Below are positions 48,013 to 58,684 of a stretch of DNA of 64,000 bases, piece after piece; positions within the stretch are counted from its first letter, which is position 1, and each line of letters begins with the position of its first letter. The stretch lies in IMG/VR virus record IMGVR_UViG_3300034683_000333; one strand, given 5' to 3'. The notes beneath the pieces were generated by a model, which saw only the letters and a list, made by a program, of their open reading frames with translations, had not been told where the DNA came from and ran no database searches. This DNA is from a virus. A program made the position numbers and the translations under genes.

Positions 48013-50730
48013 TTATTTAGACTTGATTAGCGTAACAATGTTATCAATTACGGTGTTTTTCTTATTGCTATTGTCTTCCATCACAACATTCTTGTTAATC
48101 TTAGCCGCATCTGCTGTAACCGTTTGGGTGTCGATGTCCATTTTTTCAAAAATGTCAGACACCACCAGCTTGTTCTTTCCGGCCATTTTTGCTAGCCATT
48201 TCTGAACAAGTTTCAACTGATCAGCGTTTTTGATTCCACTGATTTCGGTGAATACATCGTTGTCCAGCACTTCACGGAACCTGTAACAAAGTTCCATCTT
48301 CTTTTGCTCAAGTTCCATTTTGTCCATGAGCGCCTTGTGGTTGCTTTCCACTTCGTGGTATTTCGCCTCAAGGCTTTCCCGTTCTGACTTGATGGATTCC
48401 ATTGTCTTCTCAAGTTCTTCCTTTTCGCTCTTAAGTGATTTCATTGCGCTGCTAAGGGTTGATACTTGGTCACGTAACTTGCTAATTTCACCGTTCATCG
48501 TGTTGAAAATTTCAGAATTTTCCGTAGACTTAAACGCATCAACAGATTCTCCATTCACAATCTTCGCAACGTCTACTGCAAACTTATTGAGATGTTTTGC
48601 AAGAGTTACAAATCGATCCTCATTGAGTTCGATAATTGCATAATCCTCAATAAATGGATCGATGGTTTTAACGATAGAATCAAGGATAGAATACATTTCT
48701 TCATTGGTAATGTTTAGAGTTTCCTTGAAGTAATCACCATTGTCGATAAGTTTTTCAATCATCTTATCGTCAAGCTTAACGGAGATTTTGTCGGTTTCAT
48801 AGAAAACTTCCGCAAACTTGACGCTTTCACCCATCTTCATGAGATTTTCGGGTGCTTCCAGTTCCAGTTCCTCGTAATGGCGAAGGAGATGTTGGGCGGC
48901 GGCCTGCTTTTCTTCACCGGTTGCCACCACACCACCTCGTGCGCCACTTAGGGCCTGGGAGGCGGCGAGGAGTCCCTGCTTGCTCACAGATACGGAAACA
49001 ACATCATCTTCGACGCTCACCGCATGGTGGGGAAGCTTCCATTCCTCGGCCTTTTCGTAGCCACGAACGATTCCGAAAACCTCGTCAACGAGTGCCTTGA
49101 AATCTTCTTCTTCGAGAAGTGCATCTTCCTTGACCTTTAGAACCATGGAGCGGACTTCATCGCCATTCCACTTTTCTTCGTTCAACTCATCCGTCTTATT
49201 CATCAAGGAAGCATCGGCCACTTCCTGCTTTCCATCATCACCGGCATCACTATCATCATCCTGGGGTTCATCGTCGGTCTTCATTTCGGGCTTATCGGAA
49301 CTATCCTTGAGTTCGTTCCAAAGACACACAAAATATTCCTTTTCTTCGGCCATTGTGGAAAGATTCTGGTGAACCGCATCCAGAACTTCTTCCAGATCGC
49401 CTTCATCCACGGAATCGGCGATAATTGTTTTAAGTTCGTCTCCGTTGAGAACAAATCCGTTGTCAACAAGTTCTCCAAATTTTTCGTCTCCAAATAGCTG
49501 AACAATTGTCTTTAGTGCATCCATGTTAATTTCCTTGAGATATCCACCAACCCATTCTTCAACGGATTCCTTGGTTTCTTCCAGCGATTCAACAACCGCT
49601 GAAATAGATTCACGAATTTCGTCCGTTACTTTGTAGTCTTCCTTGATGTTTGCGGTCATCCATTCATCAATGTTGTCGGTGGTTAGTTCAACAATTTCAT
49701 CCATGTTGTCAAAAATCAACGCCAAATCATCAAGAACGTTGAACATGTAGTTCGCATCTTGTAGTTTTTCCTTGTTAATTTTCATGTCCAAATCCTTCCC
49801 CTTAAGTAAAAATTTTAATTCATCCAACGTTGTAGTTGGTTTAACATGCTCCTTGAGCAGTTTATCATTTACCTTCATTGCACAAAGCGCAACGGGTGAT
49901 TTTACATCTATATATTCTTCGGAGATGTAGTTAAAAACCACATCATCTTTTGTAACATGTTTATTTGTGTTAATTGTATCTGTTACGTTTACACCAACAA
50001 TGTCATATTTTGTTGATTGACATAGAAAATCACCGGGATATGTTACGATATCAAATCCAAGTAGGCGAAGCACATCAATTTGAGAAACGTAATCGGAATC
50101 TACATCCCAAAAATCAAGGGATTCGAATACTTCCTTAAGATAGGTGATTCCATTGAAGTTATTTCTATGTGTCGGTCGATCATACTTTTGTATTCCAGCC
50201 ATGAATCCACGCTGTGAAATTCCTATTACCGGATCAACCGATCGCATGAAATAATCAATGAGTTGTTGTTTTACCAAAACAAAATCAAGAATGATTGCCG
50301 CATGTTTTCTTCCTTTAATATTTATATATTCAAGATTTGCATCAAGAATATATCCAGCGATATCCTCATAACGATTGTTTTCACCCATGTTAGGATCTTC
50401 AGAATCTTCCGTGGTAGGATGACTATCAAACATCATTCTGTAGTAATTTTGTTCATCTATTAGTTTCTTATATTTATGATAGGCTTCTTCAATGGCTTCG
50501 TTCGAATAGATTCTGTTTTTACTAATTTCGAGATTTCCAACTGTTCCAATACCACGCAAAACGATGTTGAAAAGCTTTCCTTGTTTATAGAGTTCGACAG
50601 CCTTTTTCCATTTACCGTCGTCTCGATTTGAAAATATATAAGAATCGACGGTGATGTTGGTATTTCCAAGCTTTAGTGGTTGAATATGTTTTGCGTTGTC
50701 AAAATAAGATAATTCTGCCATTTTTTGCAT
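48013..50730 (-). CDS. Prohead protease (gp21/S77-like) fused to an acidic coiled-coil scaffold (905 aa)
   Basis: N-terminal KNRIYSNE...FDSHP...IGISQRG...GFDIVTYPG, then long acidic and coiled-coil regions, directly upstream of the capsid gene. No TAG. Confidence 0.75.
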   Translation of the reverse strand: MQKMAELSYFDNAKHIQPLKLGNTNITVDSYIFSNRDDGKWKKAVELYKQGKLFNIVLRGIGTVGNLEISKNRIYSNEAIEEAYHKYKKLIDEQNYYRMMFDSHPTTEDSEDPNMGENNRYEDIAGYILDANLEYINIKGRKHAAIILDFVLVKQQLIDYFMRSVDPVIGISQRGFMAGIQKYDRPTHRNNFNGITYLKEVFESLDFWDVDSDYVSQIDVLRLLGFDIVTYPGDFLCQSTKYDIVGVNVTDTINTNKHVTKDDVVFNYISEEYIDVKSPVALCAMKVNDKLLKEHVKPTTTLDELKFLLKGKDLDMKINKEKLQDANYMFNVLDDLALIFDNMDEIVELTTDNIDEWMTANIKEDYKVTDEIRESISAVVESLEETKESVEEWVGGYLKEINMDALKTIVQLFGDEKFGELVDNGFVLNGDELKTIIADSVDEGDLEEVLDAVHQNLSTMAEEKEYFVCLWNELKDSSDKPEMKTDDEPQDDDSDAGDDGKQEVADASLMNKTDELNEEKWNGDEVRSMVLKVKEDALLEEEDFKALVDEVFGIVRGYEKAEEWKLPHHAVSVEDDVVSVSVSKQGLLAASQALSGARGGVVATGEEKQAAAQHLLRHYEELELEAPENLMKMGESVKFAEVFYETDKISVKLDDKMIEKLIDNGDYFKETLNITNEEMYSILDSIVKTIDPFIEDYAIIELNEDRFVTLAKHLNKFAVDVAKIVNGESVDAFKSTENSEIFNTMNGEISKLRDQVSTLSSAMKSLKSEKEELEKTMESIKSERESLEAKYHEVESNHKALMDKMELEQKKMELCYRFREVLDNDVFTEISGIKNADQLKLVQKWLAKMAGKNKLVVSDIFEKMDIDTQTVTADAAKINKNVVMEDNSNKKNTVIDNIVTLIKSK

Positions 50731-50817
50731 CCTATAAGTTTAGTGTGTAAATATCATTTATACATCGAATAATTAGTTATATGTTAAGCGCTTAAAATCC
50801 TTAGATTTGAGGTATAA

Positions 50818-52443
50818 ATGAAAGAAAACCGCACCACCAATGGATTTAACGCCCTTATAAGTATATTTTCCTTTGCTGAATTCGTACAAAAAAACGTTTT
50901 TGAAGTGAACCCAGAACCCGTGATATTGGGTGGAAATCCATGTGTTGTGTATCCATTTGATATCAAGCGAGGTTTGAAATTCTACTATTCAATGATTTCG
51001 AAAAAAATGTTTCCAGAATTTGGGAAATTTTTTAAATTGGGGTAGAGTAAGTTTTCAACCATCGACGTTATGAAGCTAATAAATTTTGATTTTCTAATGG
51101 ATGTCCTTTCGGATACTCTCATTTTATACAACGAAGAAAATGAAGATGTTAGGGACCTTCTTTTGAAATCAAGCTTCAAACAAATTGTCTATTTATTATA
51201 TGTTATTAAAAAGATGAATTTTCCGAAGTCGATTTTTGAACCACTCGATAAAAACATCTATGGTGAACGGTGGATCATTGATGAACTTCAACGACTCATC
51301 CATGGGCGTCAAGAGGTAAAATCCGATGGGTTTTCTGTCGTCAGTCTGGGGGGTGTGGACTATGCGGGTAATGTTGTGGATTCGACCATGCTTTCATTTC
51401 AGGATGCTTGGGTTCTCGATTATGTGATGACCTATGATCGGTTTTATCTTGTGGTGTTCGATTCGCTCATAAATCGCCTTATCCCCCATTGGTTTGAAAT
51501 TGACGATCGCTTTGGTGTCCCACGGGTTTTGTGCCGACGTTCGCTTGAAAATTGCCATCCTGGATGTTCACGATTTTTCGACGTGTGTGGATACCGTCGT
51601 TTGGACTGGAATGGATTTGTCCCCTTTTCATTTGTCTATGTTATGACCCAGTGCATCGAAGCCGCCAGGCTTTACGAGAAGGAGGATATGCTTGATACCC
51701 TTGTTCGCTCATTTGGATATACAATTTCTGCGGTCATGGGGAAACAAAACACCGAACTTTTGCATGTCCATCCAACATCATCACTCAATCGTGTGAAAAC
51801 ATCGATGCTTGAAACTGCAATTGATTATGTATTTGGTTCTGATCATACACTATTTAATTATGATAACTATAGGGTTCTATTGGGTATCGGAGAACAAAAA
51901 GACGTAACATCGTTTGAGTATTTAAAATCGGTGCTTATGAAAGTATATTCAATGATTGATACAAACGTTCAAATATGGTGTAACGACAAAAATCGTGAAG
52001 CCGTGGATGATGTTGTTAAGAAGTTTCAAAAATTTTTGCTAAATGATTCTGACGATTTTACGGCTTATTTATATCAAAAAGCAAATGATATTGCCAAACT
52101 CGATAAAATGTTAAAGTATTTTCCACACGATATTGAAAATGTGGATCAATTGGCAAATAGAATCGTTGACGAAATGAAGAAAATGGAAGCGGAAGCCAAG
52201 AAAAATAAAATGCCCATTGGATTCAATCCCAAAAAGCCTTTGTTGGAATCGTCATCGTCACTACATAAACGAATTGCCATTGATGATGCTTTATTTGAGT
52301 TTTATAAAGAAAATAAAAGAACAAAGAAAATAAACGATATTATATTTTGGAAATGGTCGATAGCACTTTATTATGTAGCTGAAATTATTTTAGATCTACC
52401 CAAAGAGCATCCGGTTTATACAATTGATTTTAACGATATGTAA
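50818..52443 (+). CDS. Hypothetical protein (541 aa), 1 TAG
   Basis: ORFs 50818 and 51070 are in one frame across TAG 51043; ends TAA. Confidence 0.75.
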
Positions 52444-52469
52444 AACAACAAAAGAAAGGAGATTTTACG

Positions 52470-52826
52470 ATGTTTGTTAAAAAATGGAATGAAGAAAAGG
52501 AATGGATTATCAACCGATGGAAAGATTTTCTCTGGACAATTGTGGCCTGGATGCCTATACTCATCCTTGGATGTGTATTTTTTGCTCTTGGAGTGGTCTC
52601 TGAGCCGACGGGAACACTCTTTGACATGGTGATCCGGTTGAACCTGGTGGTGGGAAAGATTTTACTTGCGGTTTATCTCGGAGAAGTGTTCTGGAATCTG
52701 TTTTTCCCCACACTGGAGGCCACGGTGTTTCGTCCACTGAAGAACGTGGAGGCAAAATTTTTCCATATCATGTACGGTCGTTTGATCATGCATTTCATTA
52801 TGCAGTTTGCCATCATGAATGTTTAA
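52470..52826 (+). CDS. Membrane protein (118 aa), possible holin
   Basis: SD AAAGGAG, 2-3 hydrophobic segments, ends TAA. The holin role is a guess. Confidence 0.55.
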   Translation: MFVKKWNEEKEWIINRWKDFLWTIVAWMPILILGCVFFALGVVSEPTGTLFDMVIRLNLVVGKILLAVYLGEVFWNLFFPTLEATVFRPLKNVEAKFFHIMYGRLIMHFIMQFAIMNV

Positions 52827-52840
52827 TGGAGTGTTGGTGA

Positions 52841-54082
52841 ATGAGTGATGATATTATTCTATCAATTATCAAAACGCTCGAATCGGTTCTCTCCAATGTT
52901 CGTATAACAAATCGGAAGGGGGATGTGTTTCTTGAATCCGATTGTCCTTATTGCGGAAGGTCGAAGAGCGGCCATCCCCATTTTTCGGTTCTCATTCAAC
53001 AAACCGATTCTGGAAAGATCACTGGATGTGTGGGATGTTTCCGATGCGGTGAAACGAAATCGTTGACCCGATTTTTGCTGGAATATAAGAACGTATTTTC
53101 AACAATTGGTTTGACAAAAACCGTAATCAACGAAAATATTGAGACCGTTCCAGGGAATAAGGCACGAGAAAATGGTTTTTTATCAGCCGTTCGTTATTCC
53201 AATCAACGATTTATTGATCGACAGCTTTTTTACAAAAAACTTTTTCAGAAAGAAAATGCGGTACAAATTGCACAAAATAAACTTTTAGCATTTAAATATG
53301 TCAAGGATCGGTTGAAAATTCAAAGTGAATTGACGGTTTTTGATGCCTATTCCATGCTTCATCGACTTCATGTCAATACCAAGTCCTATTCTGATGGTAT
53401 GGTGATGCGATTTCAAAATCATATCGATTATGTCTTTGAATATGGAAATAATCCTAAATATATTCAGCTAAAAGAGCCGATGGATATTAAGCTATTCGGC
53501 AAGGACACGATTTCATATAATATATCTTCATATCGAAAACATTTTTATGGGGAAAAGCGTGAACCATATATTCTTGGGCAAGATATGGAAATGAAACCCG
53601 TTGTTTTGTCTGAAATATCAAACAAGTATGATACACTGAATATTTACATAGCAGAAGGTGTATTTGACACACTGACTATGTATTTTCATAATCATTACAT
53701 GAACATCCATTTCGAGAACATGAAGAAATACGCACAATTTTTTGTCGCAACGGGATCGAATAAGTTGGAAACAGTTGTTACGAATAGTATTTATGCCCTA
53801 ATGAATATTGATAATCCAGGTAGTCTTGGAATTCCAAAACAATTAAACGTTGTGTTTGTTCCTGATCGAAACATGAATTGGAAAAGGTATTTATTGCGTC
53901 TGAATAAGTTTTTTAGAAAATCGGATATCGTGTCACTTTTGAGATCGCTTTCTCTGCAATCGTTGAAAATATATTACATAGACATATATTCGTTGGATGG
54001 TAGTCCATCTGATATTAATGAATATCTCATGCAAAATCCTCTTACAAAACTTAATGCGGTTGATGCAATAAGAGTTGCATAA
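52841..54082 (+). CDS. DNA primase (Zn-finger plus TOPRIM, gp61-like)
   Basis: CPYCG...HF...CFRCG zinc ribbon, IYIAEGVFDT and FVPDRN...SDINEYL. No TAG. Confidence 0.8.
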   Translation: MSDDIILSIIKTLESVLSNVRITNRKGDVFLESDCPYCGRSKSGHPHFSVLIQQTDSGKITGCVGCFRCGETKSLTRFLLEYKNVFSTIGLTKTVINENIETVPGNKARENGFLSAVRYSNQRFIDRQLFYKKLFQKENAVQIAQNKLLAFKYVKDRLKIQSELTVFDAYSMLHRLHVNTKSYSDGMVMRFQNHIDYVFEYGNNPKYIQLKEPMDIKLFGKDTISYNISSYRKHFYGEKREPYILGQDMEMKPVVLSEISNKYDTLNIYIAEGVFDTLTMYFHNHYMNIHFENMKKYAQFFVATGSNKLETVVTNSIYALMNIDNPGSLGIPKQLNVVFVPDRNMNWKRYLLRLNKFFRKSDIVSLLRSLSLQSLKIYYIDIYSLDGSPSDINEYLMQNPLTKLNAVDAIRVA

Positions 54083-54127
54083 GGGTACTAATTTAGAGAT
54101 ATTATAGCGATTTAACAAACCAAACCA

Positions 54128-55420
54128 ATGGAAACCAAGATGGTTATAAACGGAAATCTTAACATTGTTGGTAAACTAACAACAGGAGAACTCGAACTTT
54201 CACAATTTTTGGATGTTTCTTCTTCCCCGAAGGGGTTGTTAGTCGATCCCATAAACGGGTATCTCATTTATAAAATTGACAATGAAATTATTCATCGATT
54301 CCCAACGGAAGAGAAAATCAGCGAACTGACGGGTGGAGTCACCCCCCAGGTCGTTTCGGAATATGTTACCAAAGAAAAAACACTGAACAATTTGTTGAAT
54401 CGTGCACTCTTTCCCGTTTTTGATTCATCAACGCTTTAGTTGGTGGGATTCAACCTCGATGAAACGGTGGATTATCCCGAAATGTCGTTTGCGTTGGATA
54501 AATTCTCGTTTCTTCATCGGGATGGGGAGGATATGACAAGTTTTTCTTATTGGTTACAGCCCTACAAATCAGTTCAATTTTTTGAAAACCACGATGTTCT
54601 TCCTCGTTTCAGTATGATCCGGTTTGAAGCTCTCACCGATTCCACCGAAGATTCCACCGATCTTATCTAGAACATATTGAATAAATGGTTGGATCATACA
54701 AGTTTTGATATAACAAATATTCTCGATATGTTGGTATTCGATGAAACGACCATTTCACGAATGGATATCAATTGGTTTCCAGTTTTTTGGATTGCCTAGC
54801 CCAATTCGAGGCTTTCTCTCGTGGATTATAAAAACGCAATGGATAAATTCTTTAACGATTTCATTGGATGGAAACTTCATATCTCAACGCCCGTTATGCT
54901 TCCAACATGGGTAAAATACGATACAACAAACGAACAACTTTATGCACACCTACGATTTTTTGATTATTCCTAGTTTTTTATCAATCAAATTGCACAACTT
55001 GTAAAACACGTCATCACCCCCGTTTGGAACGGAGACATAACAACCCAATCACCATTACTAAATTTTGTAAATCAATATAAAATTGATAATTCCATCAGTG
55101 CTGATCTTGATTTGACCCAAGTTGGGATTTCGTTTAATCCAGATTACATATTCGAAGATTGGCTCCATACCCCATTTTTACATATACTTGATACAACAAA
55201 AAATAACATTTTTATCAACGTGTTAAAATAGAATGTTGAATCACTAAATAATACAAGTTATAGTGATATGGACACCGAAATAATCCATAATGTAAAATAT
55301 AATAAAGAAGAATTCATTAAATTTTACATCGATCTGCCAAATTACATCGAGAATGAGTTATTCGTTCCACTGATTGAGTTTCAAATAGAGTTGAGAAACC
55401 ATTTGGATATGCTTATTTAA
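54128..55420 (+). CDS. Hypothetical, probably structural, protein (430 aa), 5 TAG
   Basis: Joins ORFs 54128 and 54440 and continues to TAA 55420. Confidence 0.7.
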
Positions 55421-55454
55421 TGGAAGCTTTGGCGAATAAAATGGAGAGACATAA

Positions 55455-57029
55455 ATGATTTATCTTTCTACTGGATATATCGATAAAGATGAACGCATTG
55501 CATTTCCAACATATATGTTTGATATTGTAAAATATCCTATTTATTTCGATTTATCCAATGCCATGCAATTGATTGATTGCACGGAAGATGTTGGTTGGGT
55601 TGACTACAACTGGAAACAAATTTAGTCGGTGGATATTTTACCAAAAGTAGATGTAATTTACAATCATTTTAAGACATTTTCCAATCCAGACGATTACACA
55701 ATTACACCAGCAATTCAAAATGATTATAATGAACTTTATGATACCTTAATGGATTTTATCTGGGATATTCAAAAAAAGAATGCTCAGTTCATTGGAAGGG
55801 CGGCGGCCATCACTGACGTTCATCGCTTGGTTCCATTGGCCGAAATTGTGATCGTGCGAAAAAACGGATATGTTGCAACGGCATTTTTGAACGAGTTTCT
55901 TCGAAGTACGGATTCGGCCATTGAATTGCTCCAATCTAACTTTCTTTCCAATTTCTACAACTTTTATTCCGATAATACATCAAGATATGCGACTACGTAT
56001 CTGCGATAGACGACCAATGAAAATGAACTTAAAATTTATCCACGTGTTGTCTCACTCGAACTTGATTCCACAAGTTCACCAAGATTTTCCATCATGCTCG
56101 ATTCGACGGTTGTGGATACGTCGTTTGCTTACCGATTACCCTATGCCGAAACCGCCACAATTTGGTTTGTAAACGGAACGTGGCTTTGCCATCTTGACGC
56201 TACCGGAGATTCCACCATCTGGGACGGAACATTTTATACCGTAACCCATGATTACACATTTTCATTAATGGATTTTACATCAGAAGACCATCTTCGTCGG
56301 TTTACCAATGGTTCAAGTTACGTGGATTTTACCGAATTCGGAGTTTCCGAGATTTTATTTAAAATTCAATCACTCAAACCACTCGATCTCATGACACTGG
56401 GAACCGACACACATTTTTCAAATTATGTTTCGTTTAAGTCGTTGTGCGACTTCTTTTCATCATATACCGATACCACATACGCCTCTTATTCCGATCTTTG
56501 TTCCGATTTTACAACCACTTCCCTTATAAAATATGATGGAAAGTACATTCCCTCTCATAATTCCAATATCGACATTCAACAAAACTAGTCACTTCTAAGA
56601 AATTACAAGATTGACATTCCCAGTGGAACAACAGTTGATAAAACGTCGCTCGTTTCAGATGGAACAATATCGATCACGTTTGTTTTTGGTGACTCAACGT
56701 CATACTCAGTTGCATTTTTAAACACATATCGATCTCTTCTCCATATACTTCATGATGGGTCATTTGACAATGAAGTTCTTGTTCTTCGTGTACTCGATTA
56801 TACAAACGTAAGTGCAAATGTACTTAAGATTAATTATAAAATAGTTTAGTTGAATGATTCTTGGAAATTGGGAATTCCAGATACTTATGAATTTCCTATT
56901 GGATCACAAATGATTTGGTATAAACATAGTTTATTTGGAATTTTAAATGTGTTTAATATAAAGGATGCGAAGCTTTCTAAGCGAACCATAAACCTCATGC
57001 AACAGGGGTATGAATTTACGAATGTATAA
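55455..57029 (+). CDS. Hypothetical, probably structural, protein (524 aa), 4 TAG
   Basis: SD GGAGA, ATG 55455, joins ORFs 55629 and 56094, ends TAA. Confidence 0.72.
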
Positions 57030-57546
57030 TAAAACTAATGAAATAAATATCGTTTAGTTGAATAATGAGCCACTACAAAATGAATGTTCCGATTGTTTGA
57101 GTGGCAAACTTCACCAACTTGTTGTTTCTGGTTGTCGCTTATTTATGAATCAAAACTTTGTTTATAGAATAACTGATATTTTTGTAAAATCAGAAACCTG
57201 TGTTGAAATACATGCAAAATATATAACTCCAATTCCAAACATTTTACATTACAACAATATAGATGACATTGTTTTCGTTGTTTCCAATACAAATATCAAT
57301 GAGTTTATTTTCTTTGAAAAAAATGAGTGTGTTGTGGATGTTTTTGGTAATATTTATTATGACGGTATATTTATTGAAAATCTATTGATAATGTTCGATA
57401 AGCAAGATATCTATTCTTTTAATCAAAATGTAATCAATTATATATACGACAAGATTCGAAATGAAACCGACAAGGTAATTATGATTTGGTCACCGTGGAA
57501 TTGTCTTGGATTTTTTGAACAAACCAATGAAAAAGGAGAAGTTTAA
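57022..57546 (+). CDS. Hypothetical protein (174 aa), 1 TAG
   Basis: ATG 57022 overlaps the upstream stop and reads through TAG into ORF 57058. Confidence 0.65.
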
Positions 57547-58643
57547 TGTTTCGATTACAAGTAAATATCGGAACAAATGCCAATCCCCAGTGGATGGATG
57601 TGGAAAATACCGATTCCATCGTTTTCTGTGATGGATACAAAGGAAGTTCCGGTTTTTCTGGAATAAATCGAATTGCTAATGATTTTGTTGAAATTTCTGG
57701 GAACTATGCCAAAAAATCATATCTTCTTCGTGATAATAATGTTTGGGAAATCAACTGGGATTCGGAAAAAATCATGGGAGATGACACGTCCAATCTCAAA
57801 ACCCTATCGTTTCGTTATGTGTATGTGAACGATTCGATTGATTGGATTCGTGTCCCGGAATTCAGAACGATCATACCCAAGACGTTTTACGGTTATACGC
57901 CGATCAATACAAATCTATTGACGTTTTTCTAGACAGATCAATCCGATATTGCTGTGGGATATGAGATTGAATTGGATGGAAATATCGTTGAAGTGACAAA
58001 AGTGGAACCATATGGAGATACTTGGAAAGTTTTTTTCCGTGTTCTTGAGTCAAACTTTATTATTGATAAAAGCAAATATATTTGTAGAAATTACAGTCTT
58101 CATCAAAATGTATCTGGAATCAAGATGAAGGTTTTCTTCCACGATCAATTTGCGACTTCGTTTGTTCCTCCAGATCCAGCCGACGACGTAACCGATCAAA
58201 CGATACGAAAGCATACCAATGAGGGCGTGTGGATGGATGTTGATACGGCACCCATTTGGTTCGAACTGAGTCCCATTGACGATCTCACCAATTGGGCATT
58301 GATTTCCGATGCCACGCTGACACAAAATGTTGAGTATTCATCTACTGTTCTTTATCTCGATACCACCAGGTTTGTTGATTTTAGGCGTGGAGATTGGATT
58401 GTTTTGAGAAATAGTGTGTGGAATGAAGCCATGAGAATTGAAACAATCAACTCAAACAATCACACCCTTACAGTTTATCGTCCATTTACCCACCAAAACT
58501 TTCTTTCCTCGGATAACAGCGTCAAGGTGTTTCTCAATATGCCAGTCTATTTTCAATCGTTTATTTTTACGGATGGAAACAATTCAGGTGGAGTCAATGC
58601 CCCGGTGGTCGTGTATTTTGATCTTAGATAGTTAGGAATTTGA
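57546..58643 (+). CDS. Hypothetical, probably structural, protein (365 aa), 2 TAG
   Basis: Joins ORFs 57546 and 57954 and ends DLR[TAG]LGI-TGA just before a terminator. Confidence 0.72.
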
Positions 58644-58653
58644 AAAAAAAAAT

Positions 58654-58684
58654 GGGGGACTACTTTGTCCCCCTTGTTTTTTTT
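58654..58684. terminator. Bidirectional Rho-independent terminator
   Basis: GGGGGAC-loop-GTCCCCC flanked by A and T tracts, between convergent genes. Confidence 0.8.
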
